Source: Clostridia bacterium (GTDB lineage Bacteria > Bacillota > Clostridia > TANB77 > CAG-508). Taken from it: a DNA stretch of 64,000 bases. Position numbers and translations under genes: made by a program. The stretch covers positions 1,873 through 65,872 of the forward strand of contig JAZSPC010000052.1 of the NCBI GenBank assembly GCA_045537285.1, read 5' to 3'. This document shows, one piece after another, positions 1 through 9,736 of the stretch. Position 1 is the stretch's first letter; every line of letters begins with the position of its first letter. The notes beneath the pieces are model-generated. The model made no database searches. It was not told the origin of the DNA and worked only from the letters and a program-made list of their open reading frames with translations.

Positions 1-28
1 ATAATCTTTTGAATTTTTATTTAAATAT

Positions 29-55
29 AGGCGGCAGATTTAAACTATGCCGCCT
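29..55 (-). terminator. GC-rich stem-loop just downstream of rpsB (rpsB-tsf spacer hairpin)
   Basis: aggcggca / tgccgcct 8-bp inverted repeat about 15 nt past the rpsB stop. The U-tract is weak, so this may be an attenuator or processing site. Confidence 0.4.
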
Positions 56-70
56 TAATATATTCTTAAA

Positions 71-844
71 TTATTCTTCTACTATTTCTTCGCTGTTTGA
101 AACAACTTCTTCCATAGATTCTTCTTTGTTTTCTTCTGAATCAACAGTTAAATCTATTGCTTCACCTTGTTTTGCTTCTATAACAGCATTAGCTATTACT
201 TGTGCTATTAATTTTACTGAACGAATAGCATCATCATTTCCTGGTATTACATAGTCGATATTTTCTGGGCTACAGTTTGTATCTACTAATCCTACTACTG
301 GAATATTTAATTTATTAGCTTCTTTTATAGCTATTTCTTCTTTTTTAGAATCTACTATGAATATTACTCCTGGTAATTCTTCCATATCTTTGATTCCACC
401 TAAGTTAGTTTCTAATTTAGCCATTTCTTTCTTTAAAAGAATAACTTCTTTTTTAGGTAATACTTCAAAAGTACCATCTTGTTCCATAGCTTCTAATTTT
501 TTAAGTCTTTCAACTCTTGTTCTAATTGTTTTGAAGTTAGTTAACATTCCTCCTAACCATCTTTGATCAATGTAGAACATTCCACAAGTTATTGCTGCTT
601 CTTTCATGCATTCTTGTGCTTGTTTTTTAGTTCCTACAAATAGAACATTTTTTCCTGCTTCAACTTGTTCTCTAACGAATGCATATGCTTCGTCAATTTT
701 CTTTGAAGTCTTTTGTAAATCGATGATGTGGATTCCGTTTCTAGCTTGGAAAATGTACTCAGACATTTTAGGATCCCATCTTCTTGTTTGATGCCCAAAA
801 TGAATATCTGCTTCTAGTAATTGTTTCATTGCAACTACTGCCAT
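71..844 (-). CDS. rpsB: 30S ribosomal protein S2
   Basis: 257 aa. Canonical N-terminus [27 protein letters not shown]. Acidic C-terminal tail of about 30 aa. Confidence 0.97.
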   Translation of the reverse strand: MAVVAMKQLLEADIHFGHQTRRWDPKMSEYIFQARNGIHIIDLQKTSKKIDEAYAFVREQVEAGKNVLFVGTKKQAQECMKEAAITCGMFYIDQRWLGGMLTNFKTIRTRVERLKKLEAMEQDGTFEVLPKKEVILLKKEMAKLETNLGGIKDMEELPGVIFIVDSKKEEIAIKEANKLNIPVVGLVDTNCSPENIDYVIPGNDDAIRSVKLIAQVIANAVIEAKQGEAIDLTVDSEENKEESMEEVVSNSEEIVEE

Positions 845-1019
845 TTTAAATTCCTCCTTTTAGTTTCACTTCCACAAGGTTTACGTTAGGTTACCAACCT
901 AAGATCTTAGGCACTAGGATTAACTGACCTTATGTGTAATTTTTTAATAACCATTAGATTATACCAGAAATCAATTGTAATTGCAATACTTTTTTATATA
1001 TTTTTCTAATTCTTTTACA

Positions 1020-1048
1020 TTGCATTTACATAATTAGTATGATATAAT
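1020..1048 (+). promoter_or_regulatory. Sigma-A-type promoter for the PfkB kinase gene
   Basis: TTGCAT - 17 nt - TATAAT with an extended -10 (TGATATAAT), about 100 nt upstream of the ATG. Confidence 0.5.
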
Positions 1049-1147
1049 CTTATAAACATTATTTTATTAATTTCAAACTTTATTTAGTTTGAAGCAAATC
1101 TAATGTTTACCCTATTATCTTAATAATTTAATTAAAGGAGAAATATT

Positions 1148-2176
1148 ATGTTTAATGAAGCTTTTGAAGTCGTATCCTTAGGAGAAATCATATGTAGACT
1201 TTCTCCTTCTGACCGTAACGAGCGGTTATCTCGTTGTGATGAATTCAAACGTCAAATAGGTGGTGCTGAATTAAATGTTGTTACAGCACTTTCAAACGTA
1301 GGTCTTCGTACAGGAATGATTACAAAAATACCTGATAATGATTTGGGTGTTTATGTCAAAAATTCTTTGCGCTCCTTCGGTGTAAGTGATGACTTATTAA
1401 TTTACGATCACTCAGATGACGCAAGGCTTGCTATCTATTACTCAGAAGCAGGCGCTTACCCCAGAAAGCCCAGTGTAGTATATGACAGAAAGAACTCTTC
1501 TTTCTGTAATTTAAAATTAGAAGATATTGATTCTGATATGTTCAATTCTTCTAAGGTATTCCATACAACCGGAATCACTCTTGCACTGGGAGAACAAATA
1601 CGAAAAAATACAATTGAAATAATTAAGCGTTTTCATCAAGCAGGAGTAAAAATATCGTTTGATGTAAATTTCAGAGCTAATTTATGGGATGAAACCTTAG
1701 CACGTGAAACCATAACTGAAATTTTACCTTATGTAGATATTTTCTTCTGTTCAGAAGAAACTGCTAATAAGACCTTCAAAAAGACTGGTCCTATCGAGGA
1801 AATTCTTAGAGAATTTTCAAGAGATTTCAATATTCCTATCGTATGTTCTACTAAAAGAACTGTACATTCACCAAAATTGCATTCTTTTACATCTTATGTA
1901 TATGATGCAAATACCGATACCGTATATACCGAAGAACCTTACAATAACATAGACGTTATTGACCGTATAGGAAGTGGCGATGCTTACATTGCGGGTGTTC
2001 TTTATGGACTTATCAGTAACAATTATGATTGTTTTAAGGCACTTCAATATGGTAACGCTTTCAGTGTTTTAAAGAACACCATTCCCGGTGATACATTATG
2101 TAGTAGCTTAGCAGAAATCAACTCTATAATAGCTACTCATAACGGTACAGGTTCTACTTCGGAAATAAACCGATAA
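1148..2176 (+). CDS. PfkB-family sugar kinase (2-keto-3-deoxygluconate kinase-like)
   Basis: 342 aa. Has GGAELNV near the N-terminus and the PfkB signature DRIGSGDAYIAGVLYG near the C-terminus. AAAGGAG RBS. Confidence 0.8.
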   Translation: MFNEAFEVVSLGEIICRLSPSDRNERLSRCDEFKRQIGGAELNVVTALSNVGLRTGMITKIPDNDLGVYVKNSLRSFGVSDDLLIYDHSDDARLAIYYSEAGAYPRKPSVVYDRKNSSFCNLKLEDIDSDMFNSSKVFHTTGITLALGEQIRKNTIEIIKRFHQAGVKISFDVNFRANLWDETLARETITEILPYVDIFFCSEETANKTFKKTGPIEEILREFSRDFNIPIVCSTKRTVHSPKLHSFTSYVYDANTDTVYTEEPYNNIDVIDRIGSGDAYIAGVLYGLISNNYDCFKALQYGNAFSVLKNTIPGDTLCSSLAEINSIIATHNGTGSTSEINR

Positions 2177-2201
2177 ACTTAAAAAAGATAATAGGTAATT
2201 T

Positions 2202-2231
2202 AAAAGGAAGTCAAATTTGGCTTCCTTTTTC
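2202..2231 (+). terminator. Rho-independent terminator after the kinase gene
   Basis: aaaaGGAAGTCaaatttgGCTTCCttttt hairpin followed by a T-run. Confidence 0.7.
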
Positions 2232-2302
2232 TTTTATATAAATATTCACCTTATTCGTATTTTTTCTTTTTACCTTAATATATTTATATTGGAGGTTATT
2301 TT

Positions 2303-2851
2303 ATGAAAGATGATAAAAGCTTTTCTAAGTTTCAAATTTTCTCAACTATTTTTTCATTAATATTAGGAGTAGTACTTCACTTTGCATATGAATGGTCTGT
2401 CAACAATATTTTTGTAGGATTATTTAGTGCTGTTAATGAAAGTACTTGGGAACATTTAAAACTAATATTTTTTCCTATGTTAATTACTTTAATTGTTGGA
2501 TACATTATTTTTAAAAATGATTTTCCAAGTTATATATGTGCTAAAACAATTGGTATTATTAGCGCTATGCTTTTTACTATTATATTTTTCTATACATACA
2601 CTGGAATTATTGGTACAAATTATGATTTTCTAAATATAGCTACATTTATCATTGCAGTTATCTTAGGAGAATATATAACATATATACTAACATTTAATCA
2701 TATAGATTGTAATAAATCATCTAGCATTATTATATTAATTTTACTTACTTTTGCTTTCCTAATTTTTACTTTTAATCCCCCAAAAATTAATTTATTTAAA
2801 AGTCCTATTGATAACTCTTATGGCATACAAAAAGCTTTTAGTTCTCTCTAA
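2303..2851 (+). CDS. Polytopic membrane protein, function unknown
   Basis: 182 aa with about 5 hydrophobic segments. GGAGG RBS 8 nt upstream. Confidence 0.5.
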   Translation: MKDDKSFSKFQIFSTIFSLILGVVLHFAYEWSVNNIFVGLFSAVNESTWEHLKLIFFPMLITLIVGYIIFKNDFPSYICAKTIGIISAMLFTIIFFYTYTGIIGTNYDFLNIATFIIAVILGEYITYILTFNHIDCNKSSSIIILILLTFAFLIFTFNPPKINLFKSPIDNSYGIQKAFSSL

Positions 2852-2867
2852 AAGCTTTTATCTTCTA

Positions 2868-3506
2868 CTATTTATACCTATTACAAACCTCTTCTATTTG
2901 TTCTTTTGTAATAGAACCTTCTCTTAATATATGTGGTACACCATCTATTACTTGTACAATAGTAGAAGCAACACCTATTTTACTTTTACCGCCATCTATA
3001 TAGCAATCCACATTTTCTTTAAATTCATCTATAATAGTATTTAATTCTGTTCCACTTGGATGACCTGATATATTAGCACTAGGTGCAGCTATCGGAACGC
3101 CTCCATATTCTATTAATCTTAAAGCAATTTCATTTTCTGGCATACGAACCCCAACAGTACTTCCACCAGCAGTCACTATATCTGGCACATTATCTTTTTT
3201 ATTTAAAATAATTGTTAATGGACCTGGAAAAAACTCTTTTATTAAAACATATTCCATATCAGTTATATCTTTTGCTAATTGTTCTATCATTTCTACATTA
3301 CTTACTAGTAAGCTAATTGCTTTATCTACTGGCCTTTGCTTTACTTTGTATAACCTTTTTACTGCATCTTTATCTAAGCCATTTGCGCCTATACCATATA
3401 CTGTTTCTGTTGGAAATACAACTATTCCACAATTTTTAATTATCTCAGCCACATCTTTTAATTTTGTATAATCTTTATCTTCTCTTAAATCTAAATATTT
3501 TTGCAT
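2868..3506 (-). CDS. tsaC: L-threonylcarbamoyladenylate synthase (Sua5/YrdC/YwlC family)
   Basis: 212 aa. Motifs VFPTETVYGIGAN, KQRPVDKAISLLV, GPLTIIL, VGVRMP, APSANISG. Confidence 0.9.
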   Translation of the reverse strand: MQKYLDLREDKDYTKLKDVAEIIKNCGIVVFPTETVYGIGANGLDKDAVKRLYKVKQRPVDKAISLLVSNVEMIEQLAKDITDMEYVLIKEFFPGPLTIILNKKDNVPDIVTAGGSTVGVRMPENEIALRLIEYGGVPIAAPSANISGHPSGTELNTIIDEFKENVDCYIDGGKSKIGVASTIVQVIDGVPHILREGSITKEQIEEVCNRYK

Positions 3507-3556
3507 TTTATTTTCCTTTTAATAATTTATACTAAATATTTTAACATAATTATATA

Positions 3557-3590
3557 GAAAAAGAAAGCTTTTAAAATTAAAGCTTTCTCT
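3557..3590 (-). terminator. Terminator after the cotJ operon (bidirectional-looking)
   Basis: agaaagcttt / aaagctttct 10-bp stem flanked by A- and T-runs. Confidence 0.65.
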
Positions 3591-3595
3591 TTTTA

Positions 3596-4243
3596 CTAGT
3601 TACATCCACAATCATTTTTTGATGAAATAACATTGTTATCTCTATCTACTAAATTGTTTAAATTATTCATATAGAATTTCTTTTGTGCTAATTTATCTTG
3701 AACTCCACGAAGAGCTTCACCAAATCTTTGGAAGTGAACTATTTCTCTTTCTCTTAGGAATTTTAATGGATCTATAACATCTGGATCATCTGCACATAAA
3801 TCTATTAATTTTTCATAAGTTGCTCTTGCTTTTTGTTCAGCAGCTAAATCTTCTTGTAAATCCGCTATTGGATCACCTTTTACAGCTAATACAGCTGCAT
3901 TAAATGGCCAACCAGCAGCAGCCTGAGGATATACTCCATTTCCATGGTCTGTATAATATGCACCTAATCCTGCTCTTTCCATCTCCTCAGGTGATACACC
4001 ATCTGTTAATTGGTGTACTATTGTTCCTACCATTTCTAAGTGAGCAAGTTCCTCTGTACCTATATCATTTAATATAGCTTTTGATTTTTGGTCTGGCATA
4101 CCAAATCTTTGAGATAAATATCTAAGTGATGCTGCAAGTTCGCCATCAGGTCCTCCATATTGAGATATTATAAACTTTGCAAGTCTTGGATTTTTATTTT
4201 TAACATTTATTGGATATTCCAATGTTTTGTGATAATTCCACAT
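3596..4243 (-). CDS. cotJC: Spore coat protein CotJC (manganese catalase family)
   Basis: 215 aa. Motifs PRLAKFIISQYGGPDGELAASLRYLSQRF, EELAHLEMV, EIVHFQRFGEAL. Confidence 0.9.
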   Translation of the reverse strand: MWNYHKTLEYPINVKNKNPRLAKFIISQYGGPDGELAASLRYLSQRFGMPDQKSKAILNDIGTEELAHLEMVGTIVHQLTDGVSPEEMERAGLGAYYTDHGNGVYPQAAAGWPFNAAVLAVKGDPIADLQEDLAAEQKARATYEKLIDLCADDPDVIDPLKFLREREIVHFQRFGEALRGVQDKLAQKKFYMNNLNNLVDRDNNVISSKNDCGCN

Positions 4244-4245
4244 AA

Positions 4246-4518
4246 TTAACAGTCACTTCTCCTTTCCCATGGCCATGGTTCTTCTAGCCATCTCCATTTG
4301 TTACATGGATAGTTTATTGTTAATGGTCCATATACTTTTTGATATTTATCCATTAAATCTTTTAAAATATTTGCATAATGTCTGTGTAAGCATAAAGCTT
4401 TTTCATCTTCTGGATGAGTGTCTAAATAAAGGCCTAATTCTATTATTGAAAATTGATATTCTTTAATCTTACATAACATTTCTTCTTGTCTCATATCATC
4501 ACAATCATAATTATTCAT
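4246..4518 (-). CDS. cotJB: Spore coat protein CotJB
   Basis: 90 aa. YQFSIIELGLYLDTHPEDEKAL motif. Sits between cotJA and cotJC. Confidence 0.85.
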   Translation of the reverse strand: MNNYDCDDMRQEEMLCKIKEYQFSIIELGLYLDTHPEDEKALCLHRHYANILKDLMDKYQKVYGPLTINYPCNKWRWLEEPWPWERRSDC

Positions 4519-4871
4519 TATTTATTACACCCCTCTCCTATTTTATTAGTCATCTTAATAAACTCAATTTCTTCTATTGATTGATTTGGGCAATAAGGAC
4601 TAACTAATTCTGGAAATATAGTTCCTTTCTTTAAACCGACTTCTGGTCTAAAAACTTGATTCATTTGTTGAATTGGAACATAGCTTTGTGCATACATTGG
4701 ATATTCTGGAAAACCGTTATAATCTTCATCATATCCGCAGCTACATGCATCTGTTTCATAGTGGTAATTACTAACATCATAGCAGTTTTCTTCTAAGTCA
4801 CATTTATCATATTCCATAGAAGGACAATTGTTGTAATTTTTGAAACATTTGCTACATTTTCTATAAAACAT
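4518..4871 (-). CDS. cotJA: Spore coat-associated protein CotJA
   Basis: 117 aa. C-terminal YAQSYVPIQ...GLKKGTIFPELVSPY motif. Translationally coupled to cotJB through an overlapping stop and start. Confidence 0.8.
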   Translation of the reverse strand: MFYRKCSKCFKNYNNCPSMEYDKCDLEENCYDVSNYHYETDACSCGYDEDYNGFPEYPMYAQSYVPIQQMNQVFRPEVGLKKGTIFPELVSPYCPNQSIEEIEFIKMTNKIGEGCNK

Positions 4872-4939
4872 ATTTATTCCTCCTTTAAATAAGTTTATAG
4901 TATATATTATGACTTTTTTCTACAAAGTGTTAATGAAAT

Positions 4940-4970
4940 ACAAAAACAGACCAACTTCAAATTGGTCTGT
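4940..4970 (-). terminator. Rho-independent terminator after pyk
   Basis: acagaccaa / ttggtctgt stem followed by a T-run on the minus strand. Confidence 0.7.
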
Positions 4971-4993
4971 TATATATTTTTTAATATATTAAA

Positions 4994-6439
4994 TTATATT
5001 TTTAATACTCCATCAATTACTTGGTTTTCAGAATTTGTATTTAATATTTTAGCTCCTCCTGATATAACTACTATATCACCTTTTTCTAAAATATCAAATT
5101 TTTTGAATTCTTCTATACCAGCTTCAACAGTTTCATCTATTGATGCTTTTCCTGTAACTAATACTGGTGTTACATTCCATACTAATCCTAATTGATTAAA
5201 TGTTTTTTCATCATCTGTTACAGCAAGTATTGGGCATCCGGGTCCCATACCAGCTAATCTTCTTGCTGAATTTCCGCAGTGTGTATATACAACTATTGCA
5301 TCAGCATTTAAATTTTTAGCTGTTGCTGTTGCTATATATGCAACATGTCTTTTTATATCATTTCTATCCATAGCTAATTCTGTATTAGCAAATCTTTTCC
5401 AGTAATTTAAATCTGATTCGACAGTTTTAGAAATTTTAACCATTGTATCAACACATAATGCTGGGTGTTTACCCATAGCAGATTCTCCTGAAAGCATTAT
5501 AGCTCCTGTTCTATCATAAACAGCGTTTGCAACGTCACTAACTTCTGCTCTTGTTGGTCTTGGGTTAGATGTCATTGATTCTAACATTTGTGTTGCTGTT
5601 ATTATTGGTTTTCCAACTTCATTACATCTTTTTATAAATCTTTTTTGGATAACTGGAACTTGTTCAAATGGAACTTCAACCGCCATATCTCCACGAGCTA
5701 CCATTATACCATCAGCTAATTCTAATATTTCTTCGAAATTATCTATACCTTCTTGGCTTTCGATTTTAGCTATTATTTTAACAGCTTGACCACCATTGTC
5801 ATCTAATAATTTTCTCATTTGAATTACGTCATCTGCTCTTCTTACAAATGAAGCAAATATATAATCAAATCCTGCTTTTACACCATTTGTTAAGTCATTT
5901 ATATCTTTTTCTGATAATGCTGGTAAATTTAATACTAATCCAGGTACGTTAACAGTTTTTCTACTTCCTAACATTCCTGTATTTACTGCTGTACAAACAA
6001 CATCTTTACCTACTATTTCATCTACTCTAAATTCGATAGCTCCATCGTCTACTAATATTGTAGAACCTGGTTTAACATCTTCTGATAAACCTTTATAACT
6101 GATAGATGCTTTTGTATTATTTCCTATAACATCTTCATAAAGGAAAGTAAATTTTTGTCCTTCTTCTATTTTTACTTTTACATCCCCTGATTCTAATTTT
6201 CCTGTTCTTATTTCTGGACCTTTTGTATCTAAACATAAAGGAATTGGCCTATTTAATGTTTCTCTTACTTTTTTAATTGTAGCTATTTTTGTAGCATTTT
6301 CTTCATATCCACCATGTGAGAAGTTAATTCTTGCAACATTCATTCCTGTGTTTACTAATTTTGTTAACATTTCTTCGCTTTCACTAGCTGGTCCTATTGT
6401 ACAAACTATTTTTGTTTTTCTTAAATTTTCTTTTTTCAT
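4994..6439 (-). CDS. pyk: Pyruvate kinase
   Basis: 481 aa. Motifs KTKIVCTIGPAS, MNVARINFSHG, IIAKIESQEG, MVARGDMAVE. Confidence 0.96.
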   Translation of the reverse strand: MKKENLRKTKIVCTIGPASESEEMLTKLVNTGMNVARINFSHGGYEENATKIATIKKVRETLNRPIPLCLDTKGPEIRTGKLESGDVKVKIEEGQKFTFLYEDVIGNNTKASISYKGLSEDVKPGSTILVDDGAIEFRVDEIVGKDVVCTAVNTGMLGSRKTVNVPGLVLNLPALSEKDINDLTNGVKAGFDYIFASFVRRADDVIQMRKLLDDNGGQAVKIIAKIESQEGIDNFEEILELADGIMVARGDMAVEVPFEQVPVIQKRFIKRCNEVGKPIITATQMLESMTSNPRPTRAEVSDVANAVYDRTGAIMLSGESAMGKHPALCVDTMVKISKTVESDLNYWKRFANTELAMDRNDIKRHVAYIATATAKNLNADAIVVYTHCGNSARRLAGMGPGCPILAVTDDEKTFNQLGLVWNVTPVLVTGKASIDETVEAGIEEFKKFDILEKGDIVVISGGAKILNTNSENQVIDGVLKI

Positions 6440-6478
6440 TTTATTATCCCTCTTTCCTCTTTTTAAAAGACATCGATT

Positions 6479-6508
6479 ATTATATCACACCATTTATTTA
6501 ATATTCAA
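6479..6508 (-). promoter_or_regulatory. Promoter for pyk
   Basis: Minus strand reads TTGAAT - 18 nt - TATAAT with an extended -10 TG. Confidence 0.5.
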
Positions 6509-6554
6509 TAGTTTACTTTATTTTTTTATAATTTTTTTACTATTTGTATTAAAA

Positions 6555-6606
6555 ATATACAAAGTTAGAGATTGAAATCCATTGTTTAGCATTTCAATAC
6601 TCTAAC
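6555..6606 (-). terminator. Long hairpin after glgP
   Basis: gttagagattgaaat / atttcaatactctaac stem of about 15 bp. The U-tract is imperfect. Confidence 0.55.
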
Positions 6607-6623
6607 TTATTTAATAATCTAAG

Positions 6624-9194
6624 CTATTTTGTTATCCATTTTACTAGATTCAAATTTTCTGCATCTAATAACATTTCGTGTTTTGGCATAACTCTAAATG
6701 TATAACCATAATTTCCACCTGTTGTTAATTCTATTTTTGTTTTATATGTATATTCTTTTGTTTCGTCATTTTTATCAATTAATTCCATTGGTATTATAGT
6801 TATATTCTCTATTGTACCTTTTTCTGTTATTTTACCTGCATACACTTCAACATCTATATTATCTACTGAAATATCATTTGGTAATGTTATTTTACAATTA
6901 ACTTCAATATTATTACCTGCATCTATTGAAATATTATCTAAGTTATTAAATTGTTCTATTTTTATGCTATCCCAATTTAAATTCATACTATTTTTCCAAG
7001 CATTATAGTTTTCAACATTTGATAAATCAGTATAATATTTATTATTTAACTCAACTAATGGCATATATAGCTTATCTGTATAATCGCATACCATTCTAGA
7101 TGTACTATATTTTCCACCTGTTGATATAATTGAATTTTTCATTAACTGTATCCATTTATCTGATATACCATTTCTATTTTTATCATAATATGCTGGTATA
7201 ATTTTTTCTTCTAATGTATTATAGATGCTTGCTGAATCTGCATTATCTTGGATTTCATAAGATTCATATTCATCGTTTGTTCCAATTGTCCAACCGTTTT
7301 CTCCGTTATATCCTTCTGCCCACCATCCATCTAGTACACTAAAATTGATAACACCATTTACAGATGCTTTCTGTCCACTTGTTCCAGAAGCTTCCATTGG
7401 TCTTCTTGGGTTATTTAGCCACACATCAACACCACTAACTAAATATCTTGCTACACCTATATTGTAGTTTTCTAATATGAATATTTTTCCTTTAAATTGT
7501 GGCTTCATAGATATTTCATTTATATATCTGATTAAATCTTGCCCTGCTTTATCTGCCGGGTGCGCTTTCCCTGCAAATATTATTTGAACTGGTCTATCAG
7601 TATTATTTAATATTTGAGTTATTCTTTCTAAATCTCTAAATATTAATGTTGCTCTTTTATATGTAGCAAATCTTCTTGCGAATCCTATTGTTAATGCATT
7701 TGGATTAAGTTTTGATGTAATTTCATTTATCTCATCATAGTTTTTTCCGTTATTTTTCATTGTAGTAGTAATGTTTTGTTTAACAAGTTCAAACAATTTT
7801 ACTTTTCTTTTCATGTGCTCTTCCCAAAGTTTATCATTTGGGATGCATTCTATTTTCTTCCATGTCTCATCTACTTGTATACAATCTTGCCAGTAAGGCA
7901 TTAGATATTTATTATATAATTGTTTCAAGTTTGGAGCAAGCCATGTACATGTATGTATACCATTTGTTATATGTGTGATTGGTGATTCATTTGGTGCAAT
8001 ATTAGGCCATACATCTCCAAATAATTCTCTTGATACAGCTCCATGTAATTCACTAACACCATTTTTCTTTCCTGCAATTTTTAGTGCAAGAATTCCCATA
8101 TTGAATCCTGCATCTAATGTATCGTTTGGTTTTGTTCCTAATTTCAAGAATGTTTCTTTATCTATACCAAGTTTTGTCCAGTATCCTTTTAAATGTTTTT
8201 CAACTAATGCCATTGGGAATATATCATTTCCGGCTGGAACTGGTGTGTGTGTTGTAAATACTGTTTGAGAAGAAGTTATACTTCTTGCTATATCAAAAGA
8301 TACTTTTTGTTCTTTGATTATATTTTTCATTACTTCTAGAAGTAAGAAAGAAGAATGTCCTTCATTCATATGGTAAACTGATGGATTTAATCCTAATGTT
8401 TTTAACAAGTTTACTCCACCCATTCCAAGAACTATTTCTTGTTTAATTCTCATTTCTTGGTCTCCGCCATATAATCTTAGAGTAATTTCTTTATAGCTTG
8501 GATCATCATTTTCTGGTATATCTGAGTCTAATAGATATAATGTAACTCTACCAACTTTTATATTCCAAACTTTTAAATATAAGTTCTTTCCCGGTAATTT
8601 TAAAAGAATTTTTAAGTCTTCTCCTTTTTTGTCTTTAACAGGATTAATTGGCATATTTGTTAATTCTATATCTTTATATACACTTTGTTGATTTCCATTA
8701 GCATCTATTTTTTGGTGGAAATATCCATTTTTATATAAAAGTCCAACAGCAACAAAAGGTAATCCCAAATCACTTGCTGATTTTAAGTGATCACCAGATA
8801 ATATTCCAAGTCCACCAGAATAAATTGGTATAGTTTCATCTAAACCATATTCTGCTGAAAAATATGCTATTAAATTTTCTGTATTATTTGGATATTTTCT
8901 AGAAAACCAAGTATTTTTGCTGTTCATATATCCTTCAAAGTCTTCTACCATTTTATCATATTGTTTTAATATAGAAGGATTAGAAACTGCTGCTTCTAAC
9001 TTTTCCTGAGAAACTAATTTTAAAAATTTAACAGGGTTTTTACCAACTTTTCCCCATAAATCTTCATCTATTTCTTTAAAAATTTTAAGAAAGTCTGTAT
9101 TCCAAGACCACCAAAGGTTATTTGATATTTCCATAAGTTTGCTTATTCTACTAGGTAACTGCGGATTTACAGTTATTCTATTAAACATGTACAT
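6624..9194 (-). CDS. glgP: Alpha-glucan (glycogen/maltodextrin) phosphorylase, GT35
   Basis: 856 aa. Motifs WWSWN, SGGLGILSGDHLKSASD, and the PLP-lysine motif EASGTSGQK. Confidence 0.9.
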   Translation of the reverse strand: MYMFNRITVNPQLPSRISKLMEISNNLWWSWNTDFLKIFKEIDEDLWGKVGKNPVKFLKLVSQEKLEAAVSNPSILKQYDKMVEDFEGYMNSKNTWFSRKYPNNTENLIAYFSAEYGLDETIPIYSGGLGILSGDHLKSASDLGLPFVAVGLLYKNGYFHQKIDANGNQQSVYKDIELTNMPINPVKDKKGEDLKILLKLPGKNLYLKVWNIKVGRVTLYLLDSDIPENDDPSYKEITLRLYGGDQEMRIKQEIVLGMGGVNLLKTLGLNPSVYHMNEGHSSFLLLEVMKNIIKEQKVSFDIARSITSSQTVFTTHTPVPAGNDIFPMALVEKHLKGYWTKLGIDKETFLKLGTKPNDTLDAGFNMGILALKIAGKKNGVSELHGAVSRELFGDVWPNIAPNESPITHITNGIHTCTWLAPNLKQLYNKYLMPYWQDCIQVDETWKKIECIPNDKLWEEHMKRKVKLFELVKQNITTTMKNNGKNYDEINEITSKLNPNALTIGFARRFATYKRATLIFRDLERITQILNNTDRPVQIIFAGKAHPADKAGQDLIRYINEISMKPQFKGKIFILENYNIGVARYLVSGVDVWLNNPRRPMEASGTSGQKASVNGVINFSVLDGWWAEGYNGENGWTIGTNDEYESYEIQDNADSASIYNTLEEKIIPAYYDKNRNGISDKWIQLMKNSIISTGGKYSTSRMVCDYTDKLYMPLVELNNKYYTDLSNVENYNAWKNSMNLNWDSIKIEQFNNLDNISIDAGNNIEVNCKITLPNDISVDNIDVEVYAGKITEKGTIENITIIPMELIDKNDETKEYTYKTKIELTTGGNYGYTFRVMPKHEMLLDAENLNLVKWITK

Positions 9195-9302
9195 TCGATA
9201 TTTCCTCCCTTGTTTATTTGCTATTTATTCATTAGTAATATTAATACAATTATTATCTATTAAAAAGTATAAAATGTCAAATAATTTTGAAGAATTTTTT
9301 AA

Positions 9303-9680
9303 TTATTTTAAGTTATATTTTTCACTTTCTTCTTCCAAAATACCAACTCTACTTCTAATATCATTTATTATTATTCTATTAAATTCTTTTATCTTAGAAA
9401 CATCAATCTTTCTATCTTCTATTTCGCTATTTATTTTTTCTTCTAAATTATTTGTTCTTTTTTCACTTATCTCATAAAAAGTCTTAAATTCTTCTGAAAT
9501 TTCTTTAACTAATGCATTTTGTGTATTGTCAATTTTTTCATCTAAATAATTGAATTTATCATTTAGTTCTTTTCTAACATCTTTTATTTCTTCTCTATTT
9601 TCTTTTACTTCTTCATAAATTAATTTAAGTAACTCCATTGCATTTAATTCTTCTATTTTCACTTCTTCTTTCATATACAT
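9303..9680 (-). CDS. Small coiled-coil protein, unknown function
   Basis: 125 aa, Glu/Lys-rich with heptad character. The start may be the third codon (ATG 9674), which has better RBS spacing. Confidence 0.5.
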   Translation of the reverse strand: MYMKEEVKIEELNAMELLKLIYEEVKENREEIKDVRKELNDKFNYLDEKIDNTQNALVKEISEEFKTFYEISEKRTNNLEEKINSEIEDRKIDVSKIKEFNRIIINDIRSRVGILEEESEKYNLK

Positions 9681-9736
9681 TTCTCCTTTTTAAAATTGTT
9701 GTTTTGTCAATTTTATTATAATTCTTTTTGACAATT

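Noticed and set aside
9-791. Track ORFs 9..254, 357..566 and 606..791 on the + strand.
   Set aside because: They lie antisense to the strongly supported rpsB gene. They are Ser/Leu/Phe-rich mirror-frame products with no RBS.
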